Shown one piece after another: positions 31,282-41,657 of a DNA stretch of 55,662 nt. How positions within the stretch are numbered: position 1 is the first letter of the stretch; every line of letters starts with the position of its first letter. The translations under genes and the position numbers were made by a program. Origin of the DNA: a virus (lineage: Duplodnaviria; Caudoviricetes); the IMG/VR virus record IMGVR_UViG_3300010150_000023, positions 1 through 55,662 of that record; one strand, given 5' to 3'. Under the pieces are notes generated by a model. It ran no database searches, was not told the DNA's origin, and saw nothing but the letters and a program-made list of their open reading frames with translations.

Positions 31282-33486
31282 ATGGCATACGCAATTAAAT
31301 ATTCCGATTTTGTTAATAAAGGCAGTATTACTGTTGAAGACAACACTATTAACCAAGAGACATCACTTAAATTACCAGGTCGTAATACTACAGCGTATGG
31401 CTCTAGTATTGCAGAAAACTTCTTACACTTACTAGAGAACTTTGCTAATAGTTCAAATCCAGGTAGTCCAGTAGAAGGTCAACTATGGTATGACAATAGT
31501 CCAGGTGTTGATCAGTTAAAACTATGGGACGGTAGTGCTTGGGTAGCGGCCGGCGGCCTTAAAAAAGCAAATATTGCTCCAGATGCAGAAACATCAGTTA
31601 TTGGTGACCTTTGGGTTGACACTGATAACCAACAATTATACCTATTTGCAGGTTCAGGTTGGCTATTAGTAGGTCCAGAGTTTGCAGAAGGACTAGCAAC
31701 TGGATCTAGACCAGACAAAGTTGTAGCGATTGACAACAACGAATACGATGTTGTGTTCATAGAAGTTAAAGGTAGCCCGGTTGCTGTTATAGCAAGTGAA
31801 GCATTTAATCCAAAAGCTACTATAGTAGGTTTTGAAAGTGGTATAAAACCAGGTGTAAACTTATCGGCAGCCAATGTAGGCGGCGATGGTGTACCACAGT
31901 TTAATGGTATTTCAGAAAAAGCATTAGGTTTAACAGTACCAGGCGCAACAACAGCACAAGATGTATTAATTACAGCGGCTAATGTTATGCGTAAAGACGC
32001 TATTAACATTACTAACTTTGCAATCAACGTTAAAAACTCAGAAGGTATTAGTGTTGGCGAAGGTAGTTTAGTAAAAATGCAAATGGACGGTAATGCAGGT
32101 ATTATTTCACATGCAGGACCAGGAGCAAACTTACAAATTAGAATGAATACAAGTTCTAATCAAGCAAATGCACCATTAGAGTCAATACTTACAGTTGATA
32201 GTACTAGAAAAGTTGGTATTAACAAGTCAGGACCTGAAGTTGCATTAGATGTAAGCGGTGTTATACAATCAGACAACCAAATACGTTCAACAAGTTTAAG
32301 TGAAAGTGCAACAATAAGCACAGGAAGTATTACTTCAACTGGCGGAATGGGCATTGCTAAGAATATTAATGTTGGTGGACAAGCAAAAGTAGCAGGTCCG
32401 TTAATAGTAGGTAGAGCTCCAGATAGTATTCCACTTACAAGTACAGACTTATCTGATATAGGTATTGATGATTTAAGAAATACTTACAATGTTGCGTTAT
32501 TACCAGATGAAAATAACCTAAGAACTATAGGTACACCAAACAAAGTGTTTGCTAGTATGTATGCTACAGAATTTGTAGGTAGTTTAAAAGGTGAAGTACA
32601 AGGTTCTGTATCAGGCAGAGCTGGACAAGCAGATAGATTGTCATCACCAACAGTATTCCAAATGACAGGCGATGTTGTTGCAAACAATATTTCTTTTGAT
32701 GGACAACAAGGTAGTGTAACATTTACTACAGCAGTTAGTAATAACTTTATTGCAAACAGACCTAGCGTAATAGGCGATGGTGCAAATGCTACTCCGGTTG
32801 CATCAGAAGAGAATGATGAATTTTTAGTTAACAAACCGTCGGGCGTATTTAAAATGCCTAGAGATAGAATACTAGCAGGAGTTAAAGCTATTGTACCAGT
32901 AGGTTCAATTATTCCTTATGCAGGTATTATTGATGATGTAAACATTCCTATTCCAGATGGTTGGTTAGTTTGTGACGGTACTAACTATTTGATTGCTGAC
33001 AAAACTGCTTTACATGCAATAGTACAATGGTCATTCAAATCAAAATCACAAATTGAAACAGAAACAGGCGACTCAGATGCATATTTTGCAGTACCAGACT
33101 TACGTGGTAGACTACCAATGGGTAAAGATAACATGGGTAGAGGTAGTGCAAATGTTACAGACAATGCGGCGGCAGATACTTTAGGTGCTTCCAGTGGTAC
33201 AGAAAAAGTAACACTAGGTGTTAGCAACTTACCAGAACACGAACATGATATGATAAATGATAGAGACGGTGGCGAAGGATCACAGTTTTATGCATTTAGT
33301 GATACATCATCTGTTGCTAACTTAGGCGCATCAGGTACAATAGAAAAGACAGACTTAGTTGGTACAGGAACAGGCGCATTATACGCAGGGTCAGGTGGTA
33401 TTGATACACAAAGTACATTAGGGCAACCGATAGATGTTATGAATCCATTCTTAACACTCAACTACTTAATTTACGCAGGGGAATAA
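31282..33486 (+). CDS. Tail fibre/baseplate protein with a C-terminal tail-collar domain
   Basis: Shared N-module (GRN..YG...ENFLHLLENFA, GQLWYD); collar motifs PVGSIIPYAG, GWLVCDG, VPDLRGR, NLPEHEH, MNPFLTLNYLI. Confidence 0.8.
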   Translation: MAYAIKYSDFVNKGSITVEDNTINQETSLKLPGRNTTAYGSSIAENFLHLLENFANSSNPGSPVEGQLWYDNSPGVDQLKLWDGSAWVAAGGLKKANIAPDAETSVIGDLWVDTDNQQLYLFAGSGWLLVGPEFAEGLATGSRPDKVVAIDNNEYDVVFIEVKGSPVAVIASEAFNPKATIVGFESGIKPGVNLSAANVGGDGVPQFNGISEKALGLTVPGATTAQDVLITAANVMRKDAINITNFAINVKNSEGISVGEGSLVKMQMDGNAGIISHAGPGANLQIRMNTSSNQANAPLESILTVDSTRKVGINKSGPEVALDVSGVIQSDNQIRSTSLSESATISTGSITSTGGMGIAKNINVGGQAKVAGPLIVGRAPDSIPLTSTDLSDIGIDDLRNTYNVALLPDENNLRTIGTPNKVFASMYATEFVGSLKGEVQGSVSGRAGQADRLSSPTVFQMTGDVVANNISFDGQQGSVTFTTAVSNNFIANRPSVIGDGANATPVASEENDEFLVNKPSGVFKMPRDRILAGVKAIVPVGSIIPYAGIIDDVNIPIPDGWLVCDGTNYLIADKTALHAIVQWSFKSKSQIETETGDSDAYFAVPDLRGRLPMGKDNMGRGSANVTDNAAADTLGASSGTEKVTLGVSNLPEHEHDMINDRDGGEGSQFYAFSDTSSVANLGASGTIEKTDLVGTGTGALYAGSGGIDTQSTLGQPIDVMNPFLTLNYLIYAGE

Positions 33487-33489
33487 TAG

Positions 33490-35733
33490 ATGGCTTATAA
33501 ACTAAACAAGACAGACGGAACGCTATTAACAGAACTAGTTGACGGCCAAATAGACACTACTAGTTCGGACATAACATTAATAGGACGTAACTACGTAGGG
33601 TTTGGTGAAGCGTTCAACGAAAACCTTATCAAGATACTAGAAAATTTTGCAAGTACAGCGGCACCAGCAACTCCTATTACAGGACAGTTATGGTACGATA
33701 AATCACAAGGTAGACTAAAAGTATATGATGGGACAGGTTTTAAATCAAATGGTCCTATAGTTAGTAACACACAACCACAAATGGTTGCAGGTGATATTTG
33801 GATAAACAATGCTACTAACCAAATGAAGTTCTTTGACGGTACAGGAGATCCTGTACTAGTTGGACCAATATATACAGATGCTCAAGGCAAGAGTGGATTT
33901 GAAGTTGATACAGTTAGAGATAAATCATCAGTTGACCATACACTAATTAAATTGTTTATTGGTGAAACTACAGTTGCTCTTATTAGTAACGATGAGTATA
34001 CTCCAACACTTGCAGAACAATCAAGACTAAATTACACACAAGATATCAAACGTGGCTTTAATATTATTGATGCTGATAATTTTAGATTCTATGGTGTTGC
34101 TGATTCATCTAACTCACTAATTACAGACCAAATTGATCCTGACACACAATTAAGAATTAGAAAAACAGCAGGACAGTTCCTAGCATCAGATGCTAACAGT
34201 ATTACAACTGGAACAATTTTTATTCAAAACTCCGGCGGTTTAACTATTGGACAATCAGGTGAAGCAAAGTTCCAAGCAACAGACGAACTTACAAGTATTG
34301 AGCTTACTGGTAAAGACGATAGATTTAGAATTAACTTATTAGGATCTACTGAATATGATGGATTTGTTTTAACTTCTAATAATAGAAGAGCTGGTATTAA
34401 TATGGACTTAGGTCAGTTACCAACTGCTACATTAGATGTTAATGGTGATGCACTTATTAGAGGTAACTTAACTATTGAAGGTTCAAGTACAACTATTGAA
34501 ACACAAAACTTAACAGTTGATGACTACAATATTGAACTAGGACATGCAGATACAGTAATAACACTTAATGCGGCTTTGGATGCTACTATTGCAGGACAAC
34601 TTACAGTAGGTGAAACTGTTACACAATCAAGCACACTAGCAACAGGTACTTTTAAAACTATTAGTTCAGACTTACTTACACTTACATTAGAGCCAACTAA
34701 CGGAACATTTAGTTCAGGCGCTGACACATTAACAGGCTCAGCAGTTGGTTTATTAAATCAAGAAAGCGGAGCAAATGCAGTAGTATCTAGCGTAGTACAA
34801 CGTAGTGACTCAACAGCAAATAATGCTGGTGTTATAATTAAAGGTGCTCCAAGTAATACAAATGCAAACGACAAATACCTTAAATGGCAAAATGATGGAA
34901 CTGAAGGTGACAACTGGCAAGTTAGTGATCATTTAAATCTTTATGATGGCAAAGCATACAAAATTAATAATGTTGTTATAGCACAAGAAAATGTTGGCGG
35001 AACATATCACGAATTAGGATCTGCTATTGAAGTAGCGTCAGGCTTGCGTGAAGTTGGTCAAATGGACAGAGTGCGTATACAGTCTTCTATGGAGATACGT
35101 GATAGCGGTGGTACTCCAATTATAGATACAACAGCTGGTCTTCAAATCAATAGTGGCGGAACAGTTGTGTTTAACAATGTAAAAATTACAGGTGTTGCTA
35201 CTACTAACTATGCTACAGGTGCAACAACTGATGTTGCAAACAAAGACTATGTAGATACACAAATGGAAAGTGATACTGTAGCACTAATAATAGATGTTAC
35301 AGATATGCCACAAACAGGTTTTTCAAGTTTAGATGAACAAGTTATTGACAGTATAAACTTTTTACATCCAGCGTCAGAAAAACGTATTAATACATATGCA
35401 AGAGTAATTACTACTTCGTTAAGAGGAGCAGTTAGTAACATTGCTATTGGGTCAAGTATTAGTACAACAAAGATTGGTGTAGATTTTTCAGACTTAAATG
35501 TTATTGAACCGTATGGTGTTGCACCAACAGCGGCAGGTCCAGCAAACCAGCAACTAATACAAGACATTGGATTTACAGGAACAACAACAGGTGATGTTAC
35601 GTTAAAGGCAGATGACGGCGCAACACCTACAGCAAATACAACTCGAGTTAAAAGATTCTTTAAAGTAGAGGATGTAGGCGGAACAAAGACATGGGTAACT
35701 TCTGCTACGGGTCCAAACGGTGAAACTCCGTAA
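33490..35733 (+). CDS. Tail fibre protein (paralogous N-module)
   Basis: LIGRNYVGFGEAFNENLIKILENFA, GQLWYD; beta-rich shaft; ANKDYVD. Confidence 0.75.
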   Translation: MAYKLNKTDGTLLTELVDGQIDTTSSDITLIGRNYVGFGEAFNENLIKILENFASTAAPATPITGQLWYDKSQGRLKVYDGTGFKSNGPIVSNTQPQMVAGDIWINNATNQMKFFDGTGDPVLVGPIYTDAQGKSGFEVDTVRDKSSVDHTLIKLFIGETTVALISNDEYTPTLAEQSRLNYTQDIKRGFNIIDADNFRFYGVADSSNSLITDQIDPDTQLRIRKTAGQFLASDANSITTGTIFIQNSGGLTIGQSGEAKFQATDELTSIELTGKDDRFRINLLGSTEYDGFVLTSNNRRAGINMDLGQLPTATLDVNGDALIRGNLTIEGSSTTIETQNLTVDDYNIELGHADTVITLNAALDATIAGQLTVGETVTQSSTLATGTFKTISSDLLTLTLEPTNGTFSSGADTLTGSAVGLLNQESGANAVVSSVVQRSDSTANNAGVIIKGAPSNTNANDKYLKWQNDGTEGDNWQVSDHLNLYDGKAYKINNVVIAQENVGGTYHELGSAIEVASGLREVGQMDRVRIQSSMEIRDSGGTPIIDTTAGLQINSGGTVVFNNVKITGVATTNYATGATTDVANKDYVDTQMESDTVALIIDVTDMPQTGFSSLDEQVIDSINFLHPASEKRINTYARVITTSLRGAVSNIAIGSSISTTKIGVDFSDLNVIEPYGVAPTAAGPANQQLIQDIGFTGTTTGDVTLKADDGATPTANTTRVKRFFKVEDVGGTKTWVTSATGPNGETP

Positions 35734-35750
35734 GAACATTAACAGGGAAA

Positions 35751-35772
35751 TACGATAAATACTATTATCGTA
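35751..35772 (+). promoter_or_regulatory. Late promoter box TAAATA (35756-35761) within an 8-bp inverted repeat
   Basis: TACGATAA-ATACTA-TTATCGTA. Confidence 0.6.
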
Positions 35773-35789
35773 ATAGGGGATATTAACGA

Positions 35790-38423
35790 ATGGCTTATAC
35801 AATATTTAATACTCGTAACAACAGTGTAGCAGTAGTTGAAGATGGAACAATCGACAACACAACTGACCTAAAACTAATAGGTAAAAACTATGCAGGTTAC
35901 GGCGAAATACAAAATGAAAATTTTGTTTACTTACTAGAAAACTTTGCAGGTGCTAATCAACCACCGAGACCAATAGCAGGACAGTTATGGTTTAATACTA
36001 CTTCTAAAAAAATAGAAGTGTATGATGGTAATAGTGAAAGCGTTTTTGTTCCCCTTGGAAACGTTCACATTGGTTCTAAGCCAAGTGGTTCAGCAATTAC
36101 TTCAGCAAATGTTAACAAAGGTGACTTATGGTGGGACGATGTAACAAGTCAACTATATGCACATAATGGTGCGGCATCAGGTGATCCTTTTGTATTAGTT
36201 GGACCAAAAGGTAACCAAACTATTAAAACAACGATTGACGATGATGAAGTTTATGATAACTTATTTGCAGGTCAAGCAGACGACACACCGTATAAGCACA
36301 AAATTTTAAAAGGTTTTGTAGATGACGTTGTTATCTTTACAGTAAGTAATGACGAATTTACATTAGATGATTCAAATCCAATTAGCGGATTTGATAGAAT
36401 CAAAAAAGGTATTACACTACTTAATACAGAAAATTCAACTAACGGAGTTACAACAGGTAACTATCAATTACACGGTACTGTTTCAAACGCATTACAATTA
36501 GGCGGAACACTAGCGGCAGAGTTTGTACAACGTTCAAATCCAACGTTTGTTACACAAGTTGATATTGCTGATAATGATGGTTTATTAATTGGACCAAACG
36601 ACGAATTACTAGTTAAAATATCCGGCGGCGAAACAATACTTGAGTCAACTATTACAAATGCCGATATGTCATTTAAAGTTAAAGACGCAGGTGGCTCAAC
36701 AGTTATTCCGTTAAAACTTTCAGCAACTGGTCCAATACCAAATGCAGATAACACAATGGATATTGGTTCTACAACTAAGCGTTGGAACGAAGTACATGCT
36801 GTAAACTTTAGAGGTATAGCAGACGAAGCAAATACTGTATTAAGTGACGGAACATACAAAATTGCTACTAAAGGAAACACATTTGACTCTCTTGTAACAA
36901 GAGATAGTGTAGGTGATATCTTTGGTACTAGTTTCCGCGGAACGCACTTATACAACAGCACAGACGCTACAGCGGCGCTTACAGGTAGAGTTACTAAAGC
37001 AGATGGTGTACAAGTAGACGGCGGAGCAACTTTTATTGGTGCGGCAACTACTGCTACAGCAAATACACTAGTTGCTAGAGATAATTCAGGTAATATTACT
37101 GCAACACAGTTTAGTGGACTAGCATCAAGAGCGGCAACACTACAAGTTGCTACAGGTGCAAGTGCATATGAATATAGAGTTGGTCATGTTGCAGACGGAG
37201 CAGGACAACCGGATACAGTTGCAGTTAGAGACAGCAACGGAAAACTATATGCTACAGAATTTATAGGCGCATTAAACGGTGCGGCCGCAACAGCAAATAA
37301 ATGGACTACTGCAAGAATAATAACAGTAGACGGTGATTTATCAGGACAAGTTACAATAGATGGATCGCAAGATGTTACTTTAACACTAACATCTGGGCAA
37401 AATAGTGTTGCTTTAGGAACAGATACTACAGGTAACTATGTACAAAATATATCAACATACAACAATGATCCTTATCTTAATGTTTATGTAAACAATGTAT
37501 TAGATGGTGCAGGAGCAGAAAGTGCAGTACTACAATTAGGACTTGATGCTAGTACAGCTAAAAGTTCAAATACATTAGTTGCAAGAGATGCATCTAACGC
37601 TATTGCTGTAGGACCTATTAGTTCAGATGATATTACTGCTACTACTATAGACGGTAGTATAATAACAGCAAGTACTAGACTTGTAGGACATGTAAACGAA
37701 TCAGGAACAGCAAACGATGGTTGGTTTGATAACTTAACTGTTGGAACACTTAACGCTACTAACATTAACTTTAACAATGTTGTAACTGCTATTGCAAATG
37801 GTGGTACAGGCGCAACAACTGCTCCTAATGCTAGAACTAATTTAGATGTTTATAGTAAAAGCGAAGTTGATACTACAGTATCTAATATTAATAATGCAAT
37901 TAGCGGAGTTAGTACTACATCAATATCAAATGGTAATAGTAGTGTAACAGTAGCAAATGACGGCGATACAACATTTACGCATAATAGTACAACAATTGGT
38001 AAAGTTAAATCTACAGGTATTGATTTAGAACCAGGATTTAAATTTATAGGTACAGCAACAGAAGCAGACTTTGCTGACTTGGCTGAGAAATATACAACAA
38101 ATGAAGAATTAGCACCAGGCACAGTAGTATGTGTTAGCACAGATGAAGATAGCGAACTTAAAGCATGTGGACCAAATGATTTTCCAGTAGGAATTATATC
38201 TACTGATCCAGCTTACTTAATGAACGCAAATGCAGAAGGACAAGCAATAGCACTTAAAGGTCGTGTTCCAACTCGTGTACTAGGAGCAGTTAATAAAGGT
38301 GATATACTTTATGCAAGTTACGATGGTGTACTAATTAAAGAAGGCGCACAAAAAGTTGCTATAGCACTTACTACAAGTACTATTGAAGAAGAAAAAGTAG
38401 TTGAGTGTATGATAATTCTTTAA
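35790..38423 (+). CDS. Tail fibre protein with a putative C-terminal intramolecular chaperone (peptidase G2-like)
   Basis: Same N-module; repeated LVARD.SG units; C-terminal ADLAEKY...PGTVV...GIISTDPAYLMN...ALKGRVP. Confidence 0.75.
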   Translation: MAYTIFNTRNNSVAVVEDGTIDNTTDLKLIGKNYAGYGEIQNENFVYLLENFAGANQPPRPIAGQLWFNTTSKKIEVYDGNSESVFVPLGNVHIGSKPSGSAITSANVNKGDLWWDDVTSQLYAHNGAASGDPFVLVGPKGNQTIKTTIDDDEVYDNLFAGQADDTPYKHKILKGFVDDVVIFTVSNDEFTLDDSNPISGFDRIKKGITLLNTENSTNGVTTGNYQLHGTVSNALQLGGTLAAEFVQRSNPTFVTQVDIADNDGLLIGPNDELLVKISGGETILESTITNADMSFKVKDAGGSTVIPLKLSATGPIPNADNTMDIGSTTKRWNEVHAVNFRGIADEANTVLSDGTYKIATKGNTFDSLVTRDSVGDIFGTSFRGTHLYNSTDATAALTGRVTKADGVQVDGGATFIGAATTATANTLVARDNSGNITATQFSGLASRAATLQVATGASAYEYRVGHVADGAGQPDTVAVRDSNGKLYATEFIGALNGAAATANKWTTARIITVDGDLSGQVTIDGSQDVTLTLTSGQNSVALGTDTTGNYVQNISTYNNDPYLNVYVNNVLDGAGAESAVLQLGLDASTAKSSNTLVARDASNAIAVGPISSDDITATTIDGSIITASTRLVGHVNESGTANDGWFDNLTVGTLNATNINFNNVVTAIANGGTGATTAPNARTNLDVYSKSEVDTTVSNINNAISGVSTTSISNGNSSVTVANDGDTTFTHNSTTIGKVKSTGIDLEPGFKFIGTATEADFADLAEKYTTNEELAPGTVVCVSTDEDSELKACGPNDFPVGIISTDPAYLMNANAEGQAIALKGRVPTRVLGAVNKGDILYASYDGVLIKEGAQKVAIALTTSTIEEEKVVECMIIL

Positions 38424-38439
38424 GAATAATCCACTCAAT

Positions 38440-38468
38440 AAAAAAGGAGCGTTAATGCTCCTTTTTTT
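38440..38468. terminator. Bidirectional intrinsic terminator between convergent genes
   Basis: AAAAAA-GGAGC-GTTAAT-GCTCC-TTTTTTT. Confidence 0.9.
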
Positions 38469-38490
38469 GTGACTAAAATTTATTTAATTA

Positions 38491-40125
38491 TTAGTGTAAG
38501 TCTTCCCAAGCTGAGCCTGTGTATACTTGTAATTTTGTATCTGTAGTGTTAAACACAACCATACCAGCTGCCGCTGTTAGCGCATTACGTTGTGTAGTTG
38601 TCATACTAGCAAATTTAACAGCAGTACCAAAGTCTGCAACATCTTCTACAATCTTAGTTTTAATTGTATAGTTTGAAATGTCTTGTAGCTCATTTGCATC
38701 AGTTACTGAACCTGAATATTCAGTTACAAAGAAACCACTATTTGTTTCATTTAATTCTGTTCTGTGAATTGCAGTAATTGCACGTTCACCAAATGCTTGT
38801 AATTTTCCTGTAACGGTCATATCGTAATTTAATAGAACGTTATTGTCAATTACTAATTCTGTTGTGTAATCATTTGAGTCTGAACATATAGTGTTAACAG
38901 CAAGTTTTGTAGGGTTACTAGCACTGTATGCACCAATGAAATTATCGTTAATAACAACACCAGTTATACCACCTACGCTTATAGCATTGTCAACTGTTAA
39001 GTCACTGCTCATAACTACTGCTGGAGTAATTGTAATAGCACTTGAATCTGTACTATCAATTAAACTAGTAAACACGTTACCAGTTACTTCGCCTGCTACG
39101 TTACCAGTTACGTTACCAGTTAAATCACCAGTTACGTTACCTGTATGTACACCTGCACTATTACCAGTTAAATCACCAGTTACGTTACCAGTTACGTTAC
39201 CTGTAACATCGCCAGTTACTGCGCCAGTATGTGTACCTGCACTGTCACCAGTTAAGTCACCTGTAACATTGCCTGTTAGTGTTCCTGAAAGTGTTGTTGC
39301 TGTAACTGCATCAACTGATAAGTTTGCATCTGCTGGACCTGTATTTGATGCTAGTACTGTACTACCACCTGATCCTTTTATAGCACCTGTAACATCACCA
39401 GTTAAGTCACCTACTACGTTACCAGTTACGTTACCTACAACATCGCCAGTAACATCACCTGTTACATTACCTACAACAGCACCAGTGTGTGTACCTGCTG
39501 TGTCACCAGTAACATCACCTGTTACATTACCTACAACAGCACCAGTGTGTGTACCTGCTGTGTCGCCAGTAACATCACCTGTTAAGTCACCTGTAAGTGT
39601 ATTACTACTTTTGTCTACCATTACAGTGGAATTATCTGCAATAACGTCTGCGTTAATTGCTACTGCGTCTATTTGTCCGTCGACAGCTAACCCAGTGAAG
39701 TAACCATTGTTCCAACGTGCATTCGTTGCACCGATATCGTATGTAGAATCTGCGTTCGGAGTTAATGAACTTGTTATCTTTGCACCAAAGTCTACTGTAT
39801 CTGTACTAGCATCGTCACCAATGGTTACATTGCCAGTAGCATTAATAGTACCAGCAATATTAATATTACCTGTACCAATTATGTCTTTGCCGTTAAGGTC
39901 TAAATTTTGTTGTAAGTCTAAAGTTGAATTAATTGTATCAGCTACAATGTATTCACCTATGCTTGCAATAGCTGAACCAGCCAAAGGCAAACCGCCTGCT
40001 GTTGCTCCGTCACCTATGTATAATTTGTCAGTATCTGTTACATATACTAACTCGCCATTTGCGAATACTACACCGCCACCTGCGGTACGTTCAGCATCTG
40101 TGCCACGTCTGATCTGTAATGCCAT
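38491..40125 (-). CDS. Tail fibre/adhesin with an Mtd_N-like N-terminus and G[DN][VL]T repeats
   Basis: MALQIRRGT...GELVYVTDTDKLYIGDG; long GDVT/GNVT run; C-terminal TTTQRNAL...GMVVFNTT..KLQVYTGSAW; AGGAG SD. Confidence 0.8.
   Translation of the reverse strand: MALQIRRGTDAERTAGGGVVFANGELVYVTDTDKLYIGDGATAGGLPLAGSAIASIGEYIVADTINSTLDLQQNLDLNGKDIIGTGNINIAGTINATGNVTIGDDASTDTVDFGAKITSSLTPNADSTYDIGATNARWNNGYFTGLAVDGQIDAVAINADVIADNSTVMVDKSSNTLTGDLTGDVTGDTAGTHTGAVVGNVTGDVTGDTAGTHTGAVVGNVTGDVTGDVVGNVTGNVVGDLTGDVTGAIKGSGGSTVLASNTGPADANLSVDAVTATTLSGTLTGNVTGDLTGDSAGTHTGAVTGDVTGNVTGNVTGDLTGNSAGVHTGNVTGDLTGNVTGNVAGEVTGNVFTSLIDSTDSSAITITPAVVMSSDLTVDNAISVGGITGVVINDNFIGAYSASNPTKLAVNTICSDSNDYTTELVIDNNVLLNYDMTVTGKLQAFGERAITAIHRTELNETNSGFFVTEYSGSVTDANELQDISNYTIKTKIVEDVADFGTAVKFASMTTTQRNALTAAAGMVVFNTTDTKLQVYTGSAWEDLH
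39443..39584. repeat. Near-perfect 60-bp tandem repeat (about 2.3 copies) in the fibre gene
   Basis: Unit CCAGTAACATCACCTGTTACATTACCTACAACAGCACCAGTGTGTGTACCTGCTGTGTC(A/G); encodes 20 aa. Confidence 0.95.
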
Positions 40126-40140
40126 TCTAGTTAACTCCTG

Positions 40141-40169
40141 ATAACATATTTATTTGTTATTAGTATTTA
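40141..40169 (-). promoter_or_regulatory. Two late promoter boxes TAAATA (40169-40164, 40152-40147)
   Basis: The second box sits in the loop of the ATAACA/TGTTAT inverted repeat (40141-40160). Confidence 0.6.
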
Positions 40170-40179
40170 TCCATCTGAA

Positions 40180-40497
40180 CTATCTTCTTAACTTTAAAAA
40201 TTTTCTAGTTCTTTTGGTAATATCTGCTTTAACCTTGTCCGTATCTAGTCTAAAGTCAACATTCTTTATAACGTTTTGATACTGTTCAAATAGGTCGTCT
40301 AAGGATTTTTCTAGATCTTTTACAGGCTTTTTATCTGTATTGATATCAATGTCCCATATTTTACCGTCAGTAAATTCTACTCTGACAGAGTTAAGGTATT
40401 CAAGTGGTACTACATCAATGTGTACATCCTTGAATACCTCTGGCCAATGATCTATTACTTCTTTTGGAAGTTGTTTTTTACGAGGTTTCTTTTGCAC
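40180..40497 (-). CDS. Hypothetical protein
   Basis: 105-aa ORF in the co-oriented run; start uncertain. Confidence 0.7.
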   Translation of the reverse strand: MQKKPRKKQLPKEVIDHWPEVFKDVHIDVVPLEYLNSVRVEFTDGKIWDIDINTDKKPVKDLEKSLDDLFEQYQNVIKNVDFRLDTDKVKADITKRTRKFLKLRR

Positions 40498-41080
40498 TAG
40501 ACTTGGATTTCTTCTTAGTAGGCACCAATTCCTCTGCTTGTTCTCGTAGTACTTTTGCTTCTTTAAATAATGAGTCTGCTTGTGAACGATATTGTGCGGC
40601 TAAATCTTCGTCGCTTAATGTATCATTAACAGGTGCTGTTGCTTCGGGTGCTTTAACAGGTGCTTGTGCTGTTGCATCTGCGTTTGGAGCGCCTTTAACT
40701 TCTCCGGCTAAGTCTGCTACTGTAATACCTTTTTGTTCAGCAATAATTTTATTTAATTCTGCAAGGTTAATAGTTGTACTATTATCAGGTGTCATTTCAA
40801 TATCTTCTGATAATACTTTAGTTAGTTTGCCCATTGCATGGAAACCTACTAACATGTTCTTACCGTCTGGTAATTGTGTTCTGTGCATTGCATCAGCAAG
40901 TTCATTTGCTTCTTGTCCTGCACCTGATTCAATTAAAGTCATTAAAGCATCATGATCTGGTGAATCTAAATTTTCACTCATTACTACAAGTGAAAACTGA
41001 TGGTCTCCAGGTATTGTGCGATATGCTACTGCACATCTTTTTTGATTTTTTACAACGCGGCCTATATGTTTAAGTGCCAT
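40478..41080 (-). CDS. Hypothetical protein
   Basis: 200 aa; AGGAG SD. Confidence 0.8.
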   Translation of the reverse strand: MALKHIGRVVKNQKRCAVAYRTIPGDHQFSLVVMSENLDSPDHDALMTLIESGAGQEANELADAMHRTQLPDGKNMLVGFHAMGKLTKVLSEDIEMTPDNSTTINLAELNKIIAEQKGITVADLAGEVKGAPNADATAQAPVKAPEATAPVNDTLSDEDLAAQYRSQADSLFKEAKVLREQAEELVPTKKKSKSSAKETS

Positions 41081-41082
41081 AG

Positions 41083-41334
41083 TTATTCTCCTTTAGGTTC
41101 TTCCTGCGGTTTTGATTCGCTTACGGCGCCTAAGAAAGATTCTAGTTTGTTATATGTTTGACCTACAATAGCCATTTCATTTGCTTTAAAAGCGCCTCTT
41201 GAACTTGCTACATCAATAATTTGTTTAATTGCTGTTAGGTCTTGGACAGTTAATTCTGCCGCTGGTGGAGCCACAGGTGCTTCAGTTGTTGCTGGTGCTT
41301 CTGCAGTCTCATTTGGTTTTGTGTCATTCGCCAT
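41083..41334 (-). CDS. Hypothetical protein (start revised to MANDTK)
   Basis: AGGAG SD before ATG 41334 and TAAATA box at 41360-41355, both inside the longer track ORF. Confidence 0.75.
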   Translation of the reverse strand: MANDTKPNETAEAPATTEAPVAPPAAELTVQDLTAIKQIIDVASSRGAFKANEMAIVGQTYNKLESFLGAVSESKPQEEPKGE

Positions 41335-41372
41335 TTTACGTTCTCCTATATTTTTATTTAGTACGTAGTTAA

Positions 41373-41657
41373 TTATTTGTATTTCAGAAGTGGACAAGCC
41401 AACATGAAATAACTTGCTTCTTTCGGGTCTTCAAATCCTACCTTAATAAAGTTATCAGTTTTACCATTACTACTTGATACTCCGACTGATTTTCCTAAAA
41501 AGTATCTACCTTTTAAATGTCTCAGTACCCATTTATTTAACGATTCCTCGATGTTGTAGGTGTAAGGAATGGTTATATATTCGAATTGTGGAGATACGCA
41601 ATGCGCTCTCCTTAATCCAAAAAAGTTTAAAGCGTTTGGTTGTTTAAGTTTATGCAC
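41373..41657 (-). CDS. Hypothetical protein
   Basis: 94-aa ORF overlapping the stop of the VWA gene. Confidence 0.7.
   Translation of the reverse strand: MHKLKQPNALNFFGLRRAHCVSPQFEYITIPYTYNIEESLNKWVLRHLKGRYFLGKSVGVSSSNGKTDNFIKVGFEDPKEASYFMLACPLLKYK

Noticed and set aside
39060-39600. CRISPR-like or DGR-like repeats
   Set aside because: The repeats are in-frame coding units without unique spacers. No reverse transcriptase or adenine-specific TR/VR pair was seen in the window.
4758-40141. Many antisense ORFs over structural genes (e.g. 26997-27554, 31512-32027, 38891-39703)
   Set aside because: Shadow frames caused by codon bias and repeats in the sense genes; no SD or recognisable domains.
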